A DNA stretch of 64,000 nt from Bacillota bacterium. Lineage in GTDB: Bacteria; Bacillota; Clostridia; Peptostreptococcales; Anaerovoracaceae. A program made the translations under genes and the position numbers. The notes under the pieces were generated by a model. The model did no database searches, was not told the DNA's origin, and saw only the letters and a list, made by a program, of their open reading frames with translations. The stretch spans positions 7,687 through 71,686 of the forward strand of contig JAFRVY010000125.1 in the NCBI GenBank assembly GCA_017438285.1. Reading direction: 5' to 3'. Shown here in pieces: positions 31,873 to 41,760 of this stretch (positions are counted from its first letter, which is position 1; each line of letters begins with the position of its first letter).

Positions 31873-32043
31873 TTACTGTTCTACGAACTTGTCCTTATCA
31901 ACTCCGCAGATCGGGCACTTGAATCCTGCAGGAACATCTTCCCAGACAGTGCCGGCTTCGATACCCTCATCCGGGCATCCTTCTGCTTCATTGTATTCCC
32001 ATCCGCAAACGTCACATGCGTAAACCTTGAATTCCTTATCCAT
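31873..32043 (-). CDS. Rubredoxin, 56 aa (below the ORF-track cutoff)
   Basis: MDKEFKVYACDVCGWEYNEAEGCPDEGIEAGTVWEDVPAGFKCPICGVDKDKFVEQ; CxxCG and CPxCG; AAGGAGG SD. Confidence 0.95.
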   Translation of the reverse strand: MDKEFKVYACDVCGWEYNEAEGCPDEGIEAGTVWEDVPAGFKCPICGVDKDKFVEQ

Positions 32044-32087
32044 TGTTACCTCCTTAAAATGCTATTTGAAATCTTAACAATATAATA

Positions 32088-34547
32088 TCATCCTATGTCT
32101 GTTCTGGATAGTATTTCTGCAGGTGTTTTTCGTATTACTTTCCACACCGGAAGCAGTCCGAACAGCAGGTTGAGACCGTATATCAATATGAGACAGACGA
32201 AGACGACAGGCGGATTCATCAGGAAGATATCTGAGAAGTATGTGACCTTCGACAGTTTCATGAGCACGAGGGCCATGAACAGGAATGCCGGAAGTCCCGC
32301 CAGGGTCGTGATCGCAAAGATCTCGCCTGAGAACAGTTTGTAGATATCAGCCTTTTTGACGCCGATGGCTCTGTATACGCCCACCTCTCTGATCCTCGAG
32401 AGGAATGATGCCCTGATCATCAGGAATATCTCGATGAAGGATATTGCCAGTATGATTCCAGCCATGACGAGCATGGACTTCATAGAAGACCACTTATCCT
32501 TCACATATCTGTCCTTGCTCTCCTGGAAGGCATCCTTGACGTTGACGCCCTGCTCACGGAGATTGGCCAACGCGTCCTGTTTGTTGATAGGACATATGGT
32601 CATCACATTGTTGCTGCCGATAAGATCGTACTTGATCATCTCGTTGTTGACCAGCATGAAGTCGCTGTCGTACGGATCCGAATAGTAGCCGACGATCTTG
32701 AGCGCCTTGTCGTTGATGAGCGGTGTCTTCAGCTTTTTGCCTATCTTATAAGCGCTGTCGCTCTTGTTCTTGAAGTTGACCATTACCTCGTAATTCTTGG
32801 ATGGCCATTTGCCGCGCTCCAGCTGGACCTCGTCCTTCTTGAGTTCATAGTCAATGAAGTCGGATCGGATATCGCTGGTCTCATTGATCTGGGTCTGATA
32901 GAATGTCGCGCCCATGCCCGCTTCCTTCGAGTTGGCGATGATATTGATGAACTCGCTCCTCAAAGCGTAGATGCAAGGGCTTTGCTTGTTGCTGATGCCA
33001 ACGACCTTGAGTTCGCCGACGTTCGGAAGCACGACTTCTCTGTTCAGGAAATCCCTGACCCGGGAAGCGCCGACTTCCGCGGTGCTCTGGTCCTCGATGA
33101 CGGATTTGAGCAGCATCTTGTCGATGACGATCTCGTCTCCCGTCTTCGGCAGATTGCCGTAGAGCAGCTCGCTCTTTTCGAGCCTTCCGACATCTGAGAG
33201 GGATCCCTCGATGACCGCCTTGAAGGACATGGTCTGTATGTAATTGTCAAACGGGATCTCGAGAGATATCCTCGAATCTCCCGGCATCACGTAATTGTAA
33301 TTGTTGCTCTTTTCGTATTCCCTGTAGGTCGCCACATCGATGTTCTTGCCTGAGATCATCAGGTAGGATTTATCCGTACCGGCAAATTCCTCATCGGAGA
33401 TATTCAGAACTCCGAAGAACATGCTGACCGCATAGGTGATGAACATGGCCGCGATGGCAAAACCTATGAGCAGGACCTTCTTAAGGGTGCTGTAATCGGA
33501 AACCGTCTTGAATCCCCGCTTCAAAAGACTCGACGGGTCGATGATGGAGCGATATCTCTTCTCCGATGAGCTTTTGAGCACATCCAGATCGAAATCGTAG
33601 TCGAGGACCTCTTCTTTGGTCATCTCCTTGTAGTGCTCATCCACCAGCTCGATGCCGGAGTTTTCATCTATGATCTCGATCCTGTCTTCCGGATTATTGG
33701 TTCTGATGTAGATGTTCCCGTTTTTCAGTACGATGTCGATATCCAGCTGGTCGTTGCTGTCATTGTAGAAATCGACCTTGTACACAGGGGATGTCAGGCG
33801 CTTGTGCTCTTCGATGTCCTTGAGATAGATCTTGTTCTCGACCTTGTAATCGAGATTGCCTGAGTTCCTGTTCTCCCGGTCGGACACGACCTTGCCGTCC
33901 TGGATGCGTATGATTCTGGACGCGTAGAACTCCGCCAGTCTCTCCTCATGGGTGACGAGAATGACCAGTTTTTCCTCGGCGATAGCCCTGATGATATTCA
34001 TGACCTCGAGGGTGTTCTTGCTGTCCAGGTTTCCCGTCGGCTCATCGGCAATGATGATGGCCGGATCCTTGATGATCGCTCTGGCGATACCGACACGCTG
34101 ACGCTCACCGCCGGAAAGTGTATCCGCGTTCCTGTTCCTGTAGCGGTACATGTCCACCTTCTCGAGAACGTAATTCACCTTCTCATCGATCTCTTTCTGA
34201 CTGGTGACACCGACCATCCTGAGAGCCAGTGCGACATTCTCATAGACGGTCATATTCTCGACCAGATTGTAGTCCTGGAAGACGTAGCCGATGTTCAGGG
34301 TTCTGATCATGTCGACCTTGCCCGAGAATCTTCCGGTGATATTTTCACCGTTGACATGGATGCTTCCGCTGTCCACGCGATCCAGACCGCCGATGGCGTT
34401 CAGAAGGGTCGTCTTGCCGCTTCCGCTCGGTCCCAGCAGGGCAACCAGGCCCTTGCCCGTCAGTTCGAGAGACGTATCGTCGATGGCCGCTATTTCGTTC
34501 TTCTTTCTGTGGAAGAAGTATTTTTTGACATGCTCTAATCTAACCAT
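32088..34547 (-). CDS. Fused ABC ATPase + FtsX/MacB-like permease, copy B
   Basis: GPSGSGKT, LSGGERQR, ADEPTGNLD, large extracellular loop, R.REVGVYRAIG. Confidence 0.9.
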   Translation of the reverse strand: MVRLEHVKKYFFHRKKNEIAAIDDTSLELTGKGLVALLGPSGSGKTTLLNAIGGLDRVDSGSIHVNGENITGRFSGKVDMIRTLNIGYVFQDYNLVENMTVYENVALALRMVGVTSQKEIDEKVNYVLEKVDMYRYRNRNADTLSGGERQRVGIARAIIKDPAIIIADEPTGNLDSKNTLEVMNIIRAIAEEKLVILVTHEERLAEFYASRIIRIQDGKVVSDRENRNSGNLDYKVENKIYLKDIEEHKRLTSPVYKVDFYNDSNDQLDIDIVLKNGNIYIRTNNPEDRIEIIDENSGIELVDEHYKEMTKEEVLDYDFDLDVLKSSSEKRYRSIIDPSSLLKRGFKTVSDYSTLKKVLLIGFAIAAMFITYAVSMFFGVLNISDEEFAGTDKSYLMISGKNIDVATYREYEKSNNYNYVMPGDSRISLEIPFDNYIQTMSFKAVIEGSLSDVGRLEKSELLYGNLPKTGDEIVIDKMLLKSVIEDQSTAEVGASRVRDFLNREVVLPNVGELKVVGISNKQSPCIYALRSEFINIIANSKEAGMGATFYQTQINETSDIRSDFIDYELKKDEVQLERGKWPSKNYEVMVNFKNKSDSAYKIGKKLKTPLINDKALKIVGYYSDPYDSDFMLVNNEMIKYDLIGSNNVMTICPINKQDALANLREQGVNVKDAFQESKDRYVKDKWSSMKSMLVMAGIILAISFIEIFLMIRASFLSRIREVGVYRAIGVKKADIYKLFSGEIFAITTLAGLPAFLFMALVLMKLSKVTYFSDIFLMNPPVVFVCLILIYGLNLLFGLLPVWKVIRKTPAEILSRTDIG

Positions 34548-34549
34548 GA

Positions 34550-36763
34550 TTACTCCTCCCTGTAAGTGCGTATTGCCGTCCTCTTGAAGAGACCCCTCGC
34601 GAAGATTTCAGAGATGAGCCACGACATTACGACAAGAATCGCGTAGAGAATAACGTAATCATAGCCATGCATGTACTTGATCAGCGTCGATACGTACTCG
34701 ATGTCTATTATGTGGTTGCTGACGAGAAGAACCGCCAGCAGGAATATGGCAAATGCGATGTTGAGCACGATAAACAGCTCCAGATCGATCATTCTTGCGA
34801 TGCTTCGTTTGGAGATGCCGATCATTCTGAGTATGCTGAAATATCCCTTCCTCGTTCTGAGGATCAGGCGTATGACGAAGTACGCCACGAAGAACAGTCC
34901 CAGCATGATGAGGAAAATGATCGGTACTTGAATGATGGAGGCCAGATCGTTATTGCTCGTGACCTTGGCGTCCCTGAGCGGCAGCGTGATGTAACCCATG
35001 TTCTCCAGTGCTTCCAGCGTCGAATCGATCTCCGAGAGGTCCTTCACGAACACGCTGCACTGGTAGTTCCCCTTATCGAACAGCCTTGCGTAATCCCTTT
35101 CGCTGATGAATACCGCGCCGCCGTATTTATCGAAACTTCTGTAATTGGATTTGTAGGAGAAACTCTTCTCCGTGTAGGTGTCGTAAACCTTCAGGGAAAC
35201 CGTCTTGTCATAGTACATATTCTCAGCCCTGACCTTGACGGTGTGACCCTTTGCTTCCTCATCCTTGTAGAAGTTGTCCGCTTCCTTCGGGAGCAAAATC
35301 TTGCCTTTGCCCACGCGGCTGCTCGGCAGGACTTTGTAGTACGGATTGCCGTTGATGTACTCCTGCACCTTGCCGTTGATGGTCGTCGTGATGCTGCTGT
35401 AGTAATAGTAGGTTCCTGCCACCATCTCCCGGCAGAATTCGTTGGTCATGTAGACGCTGCCGGCTGCCTTGTAGACATCCGTGTTTCTGTCAAAAGCAAC
35501 GCCGACGATCTTGATCTTCAGGGCCGATGCGGCATCCTCTCCGATGTAGATCGTGAAGGTCTTATCCAGCAGGGCTTTGACCTTGGCCGGGGAGAAATTG
35601 TATTTGTCCTCCTGGCCGAAGAGCAGGACTTCGTTGCCCTTCTCCGGCATTCTGCCCGCGTAGAGTTTGCCCTTGAACTCATCGATGGAACGAGGGAAAA
35701 CCTCATAGGAAAAACTGCCGTCTTCTATATAGAGACTGCTGTCGAGAAGAATGTCGTTCATGGAGATGGTGTCAATGTTGCCGATGCTGCTCAGCGCCAG
35801 CTTGTCATTGTCGTTAAAGGATGTACTGTCTTTTTTCTTGAGAACGATGCGGTCTTCGCTGTAGTTATAGAAATAGTTGTTGTATCCGAGCCTGGAGTTC
35901 TCAGCCTTCTGGTTCATGAAGGATGTGTACTGCGAAGTCACAGCAAAAACCAGAAAAGTGAAAACGATGAGGAGCAGGATGAACTTGTATCCGATGTTGA
36001 ACGTGTTTCTCGCGCCGAGCCGCAGAACATCTCCGCGCGAAAGGGTTCCGCCGCCGGTCTTTTCCGGCAGCTCTTTTTTGGCCGATGGTCTGATCTCCAG
36101 ATTTTCTACGACTTTGCCGTCGTGCATGCGGATGCATCTGGTCGCGTAAGGTCTGAACTGCTCGAAGTTATGGGTGACGACGATGACCAGCTTGTCGCCG
36201 GAGATCTCGCTGAGCAGCCCCGCAATATCTGCAGCCGACTGGCTGTCCAGATTGCCTGTCGGTTCGTCGGCTACGATGATCTCCGTGTCCTGCGCCAGAG
36301 CTCTGGCGATGGCGACACGCTGCATCTGTCCTCCGGACAGCTTCGAAACCTTCGTATTCGCAAAGTCAGAAAGGCCGACACGGTCCACGATTTCCCTGAC
36401 CCTGGCCTTTGCCGCTTCAGGCTTCCATCCGTTCGCCTTGAGTACGAGGTCCACGTTCTGATTGACCGTGTAGCTGCTGACCAGATTGAACTCCTGGAAG
36501 ATGTTGCTGATGTACTTCTTTCTGTATTCTTCGAAATCCGCCGCGGCGAAGTGACTCGTCTCTTTGCCGTCGATGAACATCTCTCCTTCTTCATAGGTAT
36601 CAAGGCCTGAAATCACGTTAAGAAGGGTAGTCTTGCCGCTGCCAGACTCCCCTGTGATAACAACAAATTCGCCGGGTCTGAGTTCGAGATCGACCTTGCT
36701 GATACCCGAAGCGATATTGCCCTTGTTATGATAGTATTTTGAGACGTTTCGTAATTCGATCAT
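34550..36763 (-). CDS. Fused ABC ATPase + FtsX/MacB-like permease, copy A
   Basis: GESGSGKT, LSGGQMQR, ADEPTGNLD, GRMP extracellular motif, three C-terminal TM segments. Confidence 0.9.
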   Translation of the reverse strand: MIELRNVSKYYHNKGNIASGISKVDLELRPGEFVVITGESGSGKTTLLNVISGLDTYEEGEMFIDGKETSHFAAADFEEYRKKYISNIFQEFNLVSSYTVNQNVDLVLKANGWKPEAAKARVREIVDRVGLSDFANTKVSKLSGGQMQRVAIARALAQDTEIIVADEPTGNLDSQSAADIAGLLSEISGDKLVIVVTHNFEQFRPYATRCIRMHDGKVVENLEIRPSAKKELPEKTGGGTLSRGDVLRLGARNTFNIGYKFILLLIVFTFLVFAVTSQYTSFMNQKAENSRLGYNNYFYNYSEDRIVLKKKDSTSFNDNDKLALSSIGNIDTISMNDILLDSSLYIEDGSFSYEVFPRSIDEFKGKLYAGRMPEKGNEVLLFGQEDKYNFSPAKVKALLDKTFTIYIGEDAASALKIKIVGVAFDRNTDVYKAAGSVYMTNEFCREMVAGTYYYYSSITTTINGKVQEYINGNPYYKVLPSSRVGKGKILLPKEADNFYKDEEAKGHTVKVRAENMYYDKTVSLKVYDTYTEKSFSYKSNYRSFDKYGGAVFISERDYARLFDKGNYQCSVFVKDLSEIDSTLEALENMGYITLPLRDAKVTSNNDLASIIQVPIIFLIMLGLFFVAYFVIRLILRTRKGYFSILRMIGISKRSIARMIDLELFIVLNIAFAIFLLAVLLVSNHIIDIEYVSTLIKYMHGYDYVILYAILVVMSWLISEIFARGLFKRTAIRTYREE

Positions 36764-36769
36764 CCTGTT

Positions 36770-38278
36770 TTATTTATTCATTCCGGTTGCCGTTTCCTTG
36801 AGGATAACGTCGTGGGCTCCGCCTTCCACGATACTGGTTGCGGATACCAGCGTCATCTTGGCATTGTCCTGCAGCTCCTTGATCGACAGAGTGCCGCAGT
36901 TGCACATGGTCGACTTGACCTTGAGCAGGGACTGGCGTACATTGTCGCTCAGGCCGCCTGCATACGGCACGTAGGAGTCAACGCCTTCCTCGAATTTCAT
37001 CTTGGCGTCGCCGCCCAGGTCGTACCTCTGCCAGTTGCGCGCACGGGCCGAACCTTCGCCCCAGTATTCCTTGAAATAGTTTCCGTTTATCTGCACCTTG
37101 TTGGTTGGTGATTCGTCAAATCTGGAGAAATATCTTCCCAGCATGAGAAAGTCTGCGCCCATGGCCAGCGCAAGCGTCATGTGATAGTCATACACGATGC
37201 CGCCGTCCGAGCAGATCGGAACGTAGACGCCCGTCTCCTCGAAGTACTCGTTTCTGGCCTTTGCAACTTCAATGACTGCGGATGCCTGTCCTCTGCCGAT
37301 GCCCTTTTGCTCTCTGGTGATGCAAATGCTTCCGCCGCCGATGCCGATCTTCACAAAGTCCGCACCCGCTTCCGCCAGGAATCGGAATCCGTCTCTGTCG
37401 ACAACGTTGCCTGCGCCGATCTTGACGCTGTCGCCGTATTTCTCACGGACGTAAGCCAGCGTCGTCGCCTGCCACTCGGAATAGCCTTCGCTGGAGTCGA
37501 TGCAAAGCACGTCTGCGCCGGCTTCCACGAGGGCCGGGATTCTCTCTTCGTAGTCGCGGGTATTCACGCCTGCGCCTACGACATATCTCTTGTTGTCGTC
37601 GAGGAGTTCATCCGGATATTCCTTATGGGCGATGTAGTCCTTACGGAAAACGAAGTAGAGCAGTCTCTGATTCTTGTCAACAATCGGGAGCGCGTTGAGT
37701 TTGTAATCCCAAAGCATGTCGTTTGCTTCGCTCAGGGTAATGCCCTCTTCCGCATAGACCAGTTTCTCAAACGGCGTCATGAATTCCGACACCTTCGTGT
37801 CCAGGGACATGCGGCTGACTCTGTAGTCTCTGCTCGTAACGAGACCGACCATCTTGCCGTCTGCCGTTCCGTCTTCCGTGACCGCCGTCGTGGAATGTCC
37901 GGTACGCTCCTTGAGCTCCAGCAGATCCTTCAGAGTCTGATCCGGTTTGATATTTGTATTGCTGGCAACGAACCCCGCCTTGTGGTTCTTGACCTTTCTG
38001 ACCATCTCGGCCTGACTTTCGATCGGCTGGGATCCGAAGATAAAGGATATCCCGCCTTCTCTCGCCAATGCGATGGCAAGCTCGCTTCCCGATACCGACT
38101 GCATGATCGCAGAGGTCATCGGAATGTTCATGTAAATATCCGATTCCTCGCCTTTTTTGAACTTGGTCACCGGTGTGCGAAGTGACACGTTCTCTACTCT
38201 GCATTCTTCCGAAGAGTAGCCCGGAATCAACAGATATTCACTGAAAGTTCTCGAAGGTTCGTCAAAATAATTCGCCAT
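36770..38278 (-). CDS. guaB: IMP dehydrogenase with CBS pair
   Basis: [37 protein letters not shown]. Confidence 0.95.
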   Translation of the reverse strand: MANYFDEPSRTFSEYLLIPGYSSEECRVENVSLRTPVTKFKKGEESDIYMNIPMTSAIMQSVSGSELAIALAREGGISFIFGSQPIESQAEMVRKVKNHKAGFVASNTNIKPDQTLKDLLELKERTGHSTTAVTEDGTADGKMVGLVTSRDYRVSRMSLDTKVSEFMTPFEKLVYAEEGITLSEANDMLWDYKLNALPIVDKNQRLLYFVFRKDYIAHKEYPDELLDDNKRYVVGAGVNTRDYEERIPALVEAGADVLCIDSSEGYSEWQATTLAYVREKYGDSVKIGAGNVVDRDGFRFLAEAGADFVKIGIGGGSICITREQKGIGRGQASAVIEVAKARNEYFEETGVYVPICSDGGIVYDYHMTLALAMGADFLMLGRYFSRFDESPTNKVQINGNYFKEYWGEGSARARNWQRYDLGGDAKMKFEEGVDSYVPYAGGLSDNVRQSLLKVKSTMCNCGTLSIKELQDNAKMTLVSATSIVEGGAHDVILKETATGMNK

Positions 38279-38320
38279 TTCTTTCTCCTTTTCTTGTAGT
38301 TCTCTAAAATCTTTTCTTCT

Positions 38321-38878
38321 CTAAAGCCGTTTCATTGCGATCGGCAGCGCCGTGATGAACCATGGCGCGTACTTCTCGGGTGAATTGATAACATCTTCGA
38401 CCAGCTGATCGACATCAATGAACAGCATTTCTTCGGCCTCGTCCGGATTCCTGGTGAAATCTACATCGACATCGGCCGCTTCCCTCTTGACCACGCCTGT
38501 GAGCACGTGATCGTATTCATACTCCACAAGGCCGTTATCGAATTCGGCTCTGTAGATGAAACTCCCCTCTTCGATCACCGGACATCGTTCGATGGTGATG
38601 CCGGTTTCTTCGGGAAGTCTTCTGGCCGCCGCATCGTGCAGATTCTCCCCGCTTCCCGGGTGCGAACAGCAACTGTTGGCCCATTTGCCGCCGCTGTGAT
38701 ATTTGCCTGCGGCCCGCTTTTGGATGAGAAGCCTGTCGATCTTGCCCGACTCCGGATTGCGGGAAAAAACGAATATGGAAAACGCCCTGTGCAGAAGTCC
38801 CTTTTCATGGGTTTCCATCTTTCCGCAGGTCCCGATCTCCTCGTCATTCATGTTTACGAGTATGAGGTTGTCTTCCAT
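38321..38878 (-). CDS. idi: Type 1 isopentenyl-diphosphate isomerase
   Basis: H..GLLHRAFS, WANSCCSHP, EYEYDH, APWF; start at ATG 38878 after GGAGGT. Confidence 0.92.
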   Translation of the reverse strand: MEDNLILVNMNDEEIGTCGKMETHEKGLLHRAFSIFVFSRNPESGKIDRLLIQKRAAGKYHSGGKWANSCCSHPGSGENLHDAAARRLPEETGITIERCPVIEEGSFIYRAEFDNGLVEYEYDHVLTGVVKREAADVDVDFTRNPDEAEEMLFIDVDQLVEDVINSPEKYAPWFITALPIAMKRL

Positions 38879-38943
38879 CTGAGCACCTCCCGGCTCTTCT
38901 CTTTCCATCAATCATGTTAATTTATTATTATAGCATGGTTTTG

Positions 38944-39438
38944 CTATTCAGTCACTTCCGGAAGTTCAATATATTCCGCCGTTCTGCCCGTTTCCTGCAG
39001 GAGTTTTATGACATCGTCTGCCTGCAGAAACATGGTCGCGGAATTGTCATTGGGATGGGCGTCCATAAGGTTGCCTTCAAAGAGCCTGTCGATATAGACT
39101 TTGACCTTCCTGCTCTCGTCATTGAGCGCGCCAAAAGGCGAAACCGCGCCGCTTATCAGCCCCAGCATATTGGTCAGGTCCTCATCGGAGGCAAAGGACA
39201 GCGCCGTCGTGCCGAGGACCGTCCTGATATCCTTCAGGTCGACCTTCTTGTTCTCATGAGTGGTGATGATGAAATAATTTTTCTTTTTTTTGTCGCGGAG
39301 GAAGAAATTCTTCGTGCTCCACTCCATATGGGGCAGTTCCAGTTCCTGCGATTCCGCTACGGTCTTGATGGGTCTGTGCTCAAACAGTTCGTATTTGATA
39401 TTGTGTTCATCCAGCAGTTTGATGATTGTTTCTCTCAC
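38944..39438 (-). CDS. YbaK/ProXp (PrdX-like) aminoacyl-tRNA deacylase
   Basis: KNFFLRDKKK, LSFAS, GAVSPFG, HPNDNSAT; GTG start after GAGG. Confidence 0.9.
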   Translation of the reverse strand: MRETIIKLLDEHNIKYELFEHRPIKTVAESQELELPHMEWSTKNFFLRDKKKKNYFIITTHENKKVDLKDIRTVLGTTALSFASDEDLTNMLGLISGAVSPFGALNDESRKVKVYIDRLFEGNLMDAHPNDNSATMFLQADDVIKLLQETGRTAEYIELPEVTE

Positions 39439-39482
39439 TTCGCACCTCTTTCGCTTGGCTTTGCACCTCATTGGGATTTGAT

Positions 39483-39525
39483 AAAAGGGACCGCCCGAAC
39501 ATATCGTTCGCTGGGTCCCTTTTTT
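39483..39525. terminator. Terminator-like hairpin after thioesterase
   Basis: AAAAGGGACC...CGAAC-atatc-GTTCG...GGTCCCTTTTTT. Confidence 0.65.
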
Positions 39526-39554
39526 GATTTGTTTTCACTGCGCCAACTTCATGA

Positions 39555-39986
39555 TCATTTTTTCTTTCTGGTGTCTGAGACCAGCGCAGAAACATTTTCG
39601 AACAGTTCCGGATGGCTGCGCTTGATGCTTGTCGGCTTGTAGTCGTCCTTCGTCGTCGTGTAGTGGACGGTCTCCGCCGTCAGGCACAGTTCACCGGTGG
39701 ACTCGTTATAGACCTCATATCTGAAGTACATTCTCAGGCCGGTGAACCTGTACAGTTCCATGTGCACCGAAAACTCGTCTCCGTACCGCAGAAAACCGAG
39801 GAAATGTTCCTTTGCTTCCGTACATGGGATGATGACGCCCTGTCGTTCGAACTCCGGATACGGGAATCCTTCTTCCTCCATCCAGACATATCTGGCTTCT
39901 TCCAGATATCGCAAATAATTGGAGTGATGGACGACGCCCATTCTATCCGTTTCATAGTAGTTGACTTGTCTTTTGAAACTCCACAT
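39555..39986 (-). CDS. Hotdog-fold acyl-CoA thioesterase (YbgC/4HBT-like)
   Basis: YYETDRMGVVHHSNYLRYLEEAR; start moved to ATG 39986. Confidence 0.9.
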   Translation of the reverse strand: MWSFKRQVNYYETDRMGVVHHSNYLRYLEEARYVWMEEEGFPYPEFERQGVIIPCTEAKEHFLGFLRYGDEFSVHMELYRFTGLRMYFRYEVYNESTGELCLTAETVHYTTTKDDYKPTSIKRSHPELFENVSALVSDTRKKK

Positions 39987-40014
39987 AACCTGTTCCTCTT
40001 TCCGGCCTTTGCGC

Positions 40015-41679
40015 CTATTTTCTCTTGAGTTCGCCGGCTTCCAGATCCTTTTCCGCCTGCTGCTTGAGGGCATAGTGCATTTTCTTGCCTGTTGCAGTCA
40101 TCGGCAGACTGTCAACGATCTTGTACCATCTCGGCCTCTTGTACGCCGAAAGCATCGGTGTCTCAAGGCAGAAGTCAAAGACCTCTCTTACAGTCAGCGA
40201 TGGATCCTTAGGAACGACATATGCGGCGATGGCCTGTCCTCTGGCCGCATCCGGTACTGCGGTTACCATGCAGTCCGCAACCTTTTCGAACTCGTTGATC
40301 GCTTCTTCGACCTGGGTTGGATATACGTTCTCACCGGCACTGATGATCATGTCATCCTTACGGCCGTTGATCGTAACGTACAGGTTCTCATCCCAGAAGC
40401 CCAGATCATTGGTATACATCCATCCCTTATAGAACTTCATTTCCTGTTCTTCAGGGTTTTTGTAATAGCTGTATGTAGTTTTGCCCGGGCAGTACAGGAT
40501 GACTTCTCCGACGGTCTTGTTGTCCTTTGGAACCAGATCATCCGGCTCTGCCTTGCGGTCTTCGTATATATTGACGACACGCACTTCATCATCGATGCAG
40601 CTGCCGCCGACGGATCCTGCGTATTCCGGCAGATCGTACGGTCTCAGGAAGGAATTCCAGAATGTCTCTGTCGTGCCGTATCCGTTCAGGATGTTTGGCG
40701 TCAGAACTTCGAGGAATCTCTCGCAGGCCGCCTTTTCAAGCGGAGCGCCCATAGTGACCAGGCCTTTGAGACTGGAAATGTCGAACGGCTCTCTCTCCTG
40801 TATTCTCGCCATCATCTCAAGAGATGACGGGGATCCTGTCAGGAATGTGATCTTATATTTCTCAACATACATGAGTGTAACTCTCGGTGAGAATGCGCGG
40901 AGCAATACCAGACATGCTCCCACGAAGAATGTCGGGCATGTTCCGCCCGAGTGGCTTCCGCCTCTGTGGAAAAGCGGCGTCATGTTCATGCAGACATCTT
41001 TGCAGTTGAGCGGATAATGCATGATCGCGTCGTGTGCGGAGAGCACTTCGTTGATGTCGTTAAGCGGTACGTTCTTTGGCAGTGCGGATGTTCCGCTGGT
41101 GCACATGCGGACGACCTCATCGTAGATGTGCTGTGGGAAATCCCTTGGCGGTTCTTCCTTGCTCCTGCCTGCCACGTAATCCTCATAATGCACGTGCCCT
41201 TCCGGAAGTTCCAGATCGTCAATGTTGTCACACATGACATATCTCAACACTTTATGGGCAGTCAGTTTCTCCGCGTCAACGATGATGTCCCTGATTTCTG
41301 CCACATAGAGCACGACTTTCGGCTCATTATGCTCAATGAGTCTTGCAATTTCTCCCGGTGACAGTTTGAAGTTCGCCAGATTTACGATACCGCCCACTTT
41401 TCGCGGAGCGATATAGGTGAAACAGAATTCAGGGCAGTTGTTCAGAATGCTCATGACAACGTCGTTTTTACCGACGGAATCCTCCTTCAGTGCATGGGCG
41501 AGCATGTTGCACTCTTCGTTCAGTTCCTTATATGTCCATGTCTTATCCCTGCCCGGGTCGATCAGCGCAGGCTTATTTGCATATCGCCTGACATTTCTCA
41601 TAAAACCGTTCAGCCACGTATACTCGTGTTCGAATGTTTCTACGAACATTCTGTCGTCGTATGTTCTGTTCGTGGACAT
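40015..41679 (-). CDS. Class I adenylate-forming enzyme (acyl/aryl-CoA ligase)
   Basis: TSGTSALPK, NGYGTTET, TNDLG, GRKDDMIISAGENVYP, PMTATGK. Confidence 0.9.
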   Translation of the reverse strand: MSTNRTYDDRMFVETFEHEYTWLNGFMRNVRRYANKPALIDPGRDKTWTYKELNEECNMLAHALKEDSVGKNDVVMSILNNCPEFCFTYIAPRKVGGIVNLANFKLSPGEIARLIEHNEPKVVLYVAEIRDIIVDAEKLTAHKVLRYVMCDNIDDLELPEGHVHYEDYVAGRSKEEPPRDFPQHIYDEVVRMCTSGTSALPKNVPLNDINEVLSAHDAIMHYPLNCKDVCMNMTPLFHRGGSHSGGTCPTFFVGACLVLLRAFSPRVTLMYVEKYKITFLTGSPSSLEMMARIQEREPFDISSLKGLVTMGAPLEKAACERFLEVLTPNILNGYGTTETFWNSFLRPYDLPEYAGSVGGSCIDDEVRVVNIYEDRKAEPDDLVPKDNKTVGEVILYCPGKTTYSYYKNPEEQEMKFYKGWMYTNDLGFWDENLYVTINGRKDDMIISAGENVYPTQVEEAINEFEKVADCMVTAVPDAARGQAIAAYVVPKDPSLTVREVFDFCLETPMLSAYKRPRWYKIVDSLPMTATGKKMHYALKQQAEKDLEAGELKRK

Positions 41680-41731
41680 AGTCGATATCCTCCTCTATAA
41701 ACAGATAATTAATTCTCTTTTTATTCTGTTT

Positions 41732-41754
41732 ATTATACCATAATCTGCTATAAT
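41732..41754. promoter_or_regulatory. Back-to-back extended -10 promoters (ligase / AEC transporter)
   Basis: Minus TGGTATAAT (41732-41740); plus TGCTATAAT (41746-41754). Confidence 0.65.
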
Positions 41755-41760
41755 GATTCC

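Noticed and set aside
34667-36610. 647-aa antisense ORF, and similar ones at 6763-7878, 11445-12830, 24047-25450, 53123-54196 and 55297-56721
   Set aside because: These shadow well-supported genes. The codon bias here makes antisense stops rare, and the translations show no family motifs.
38279-38320. Possible purine riboswitch before guaB
   Set aside because: The 42-bp unstructured spacer is too short.
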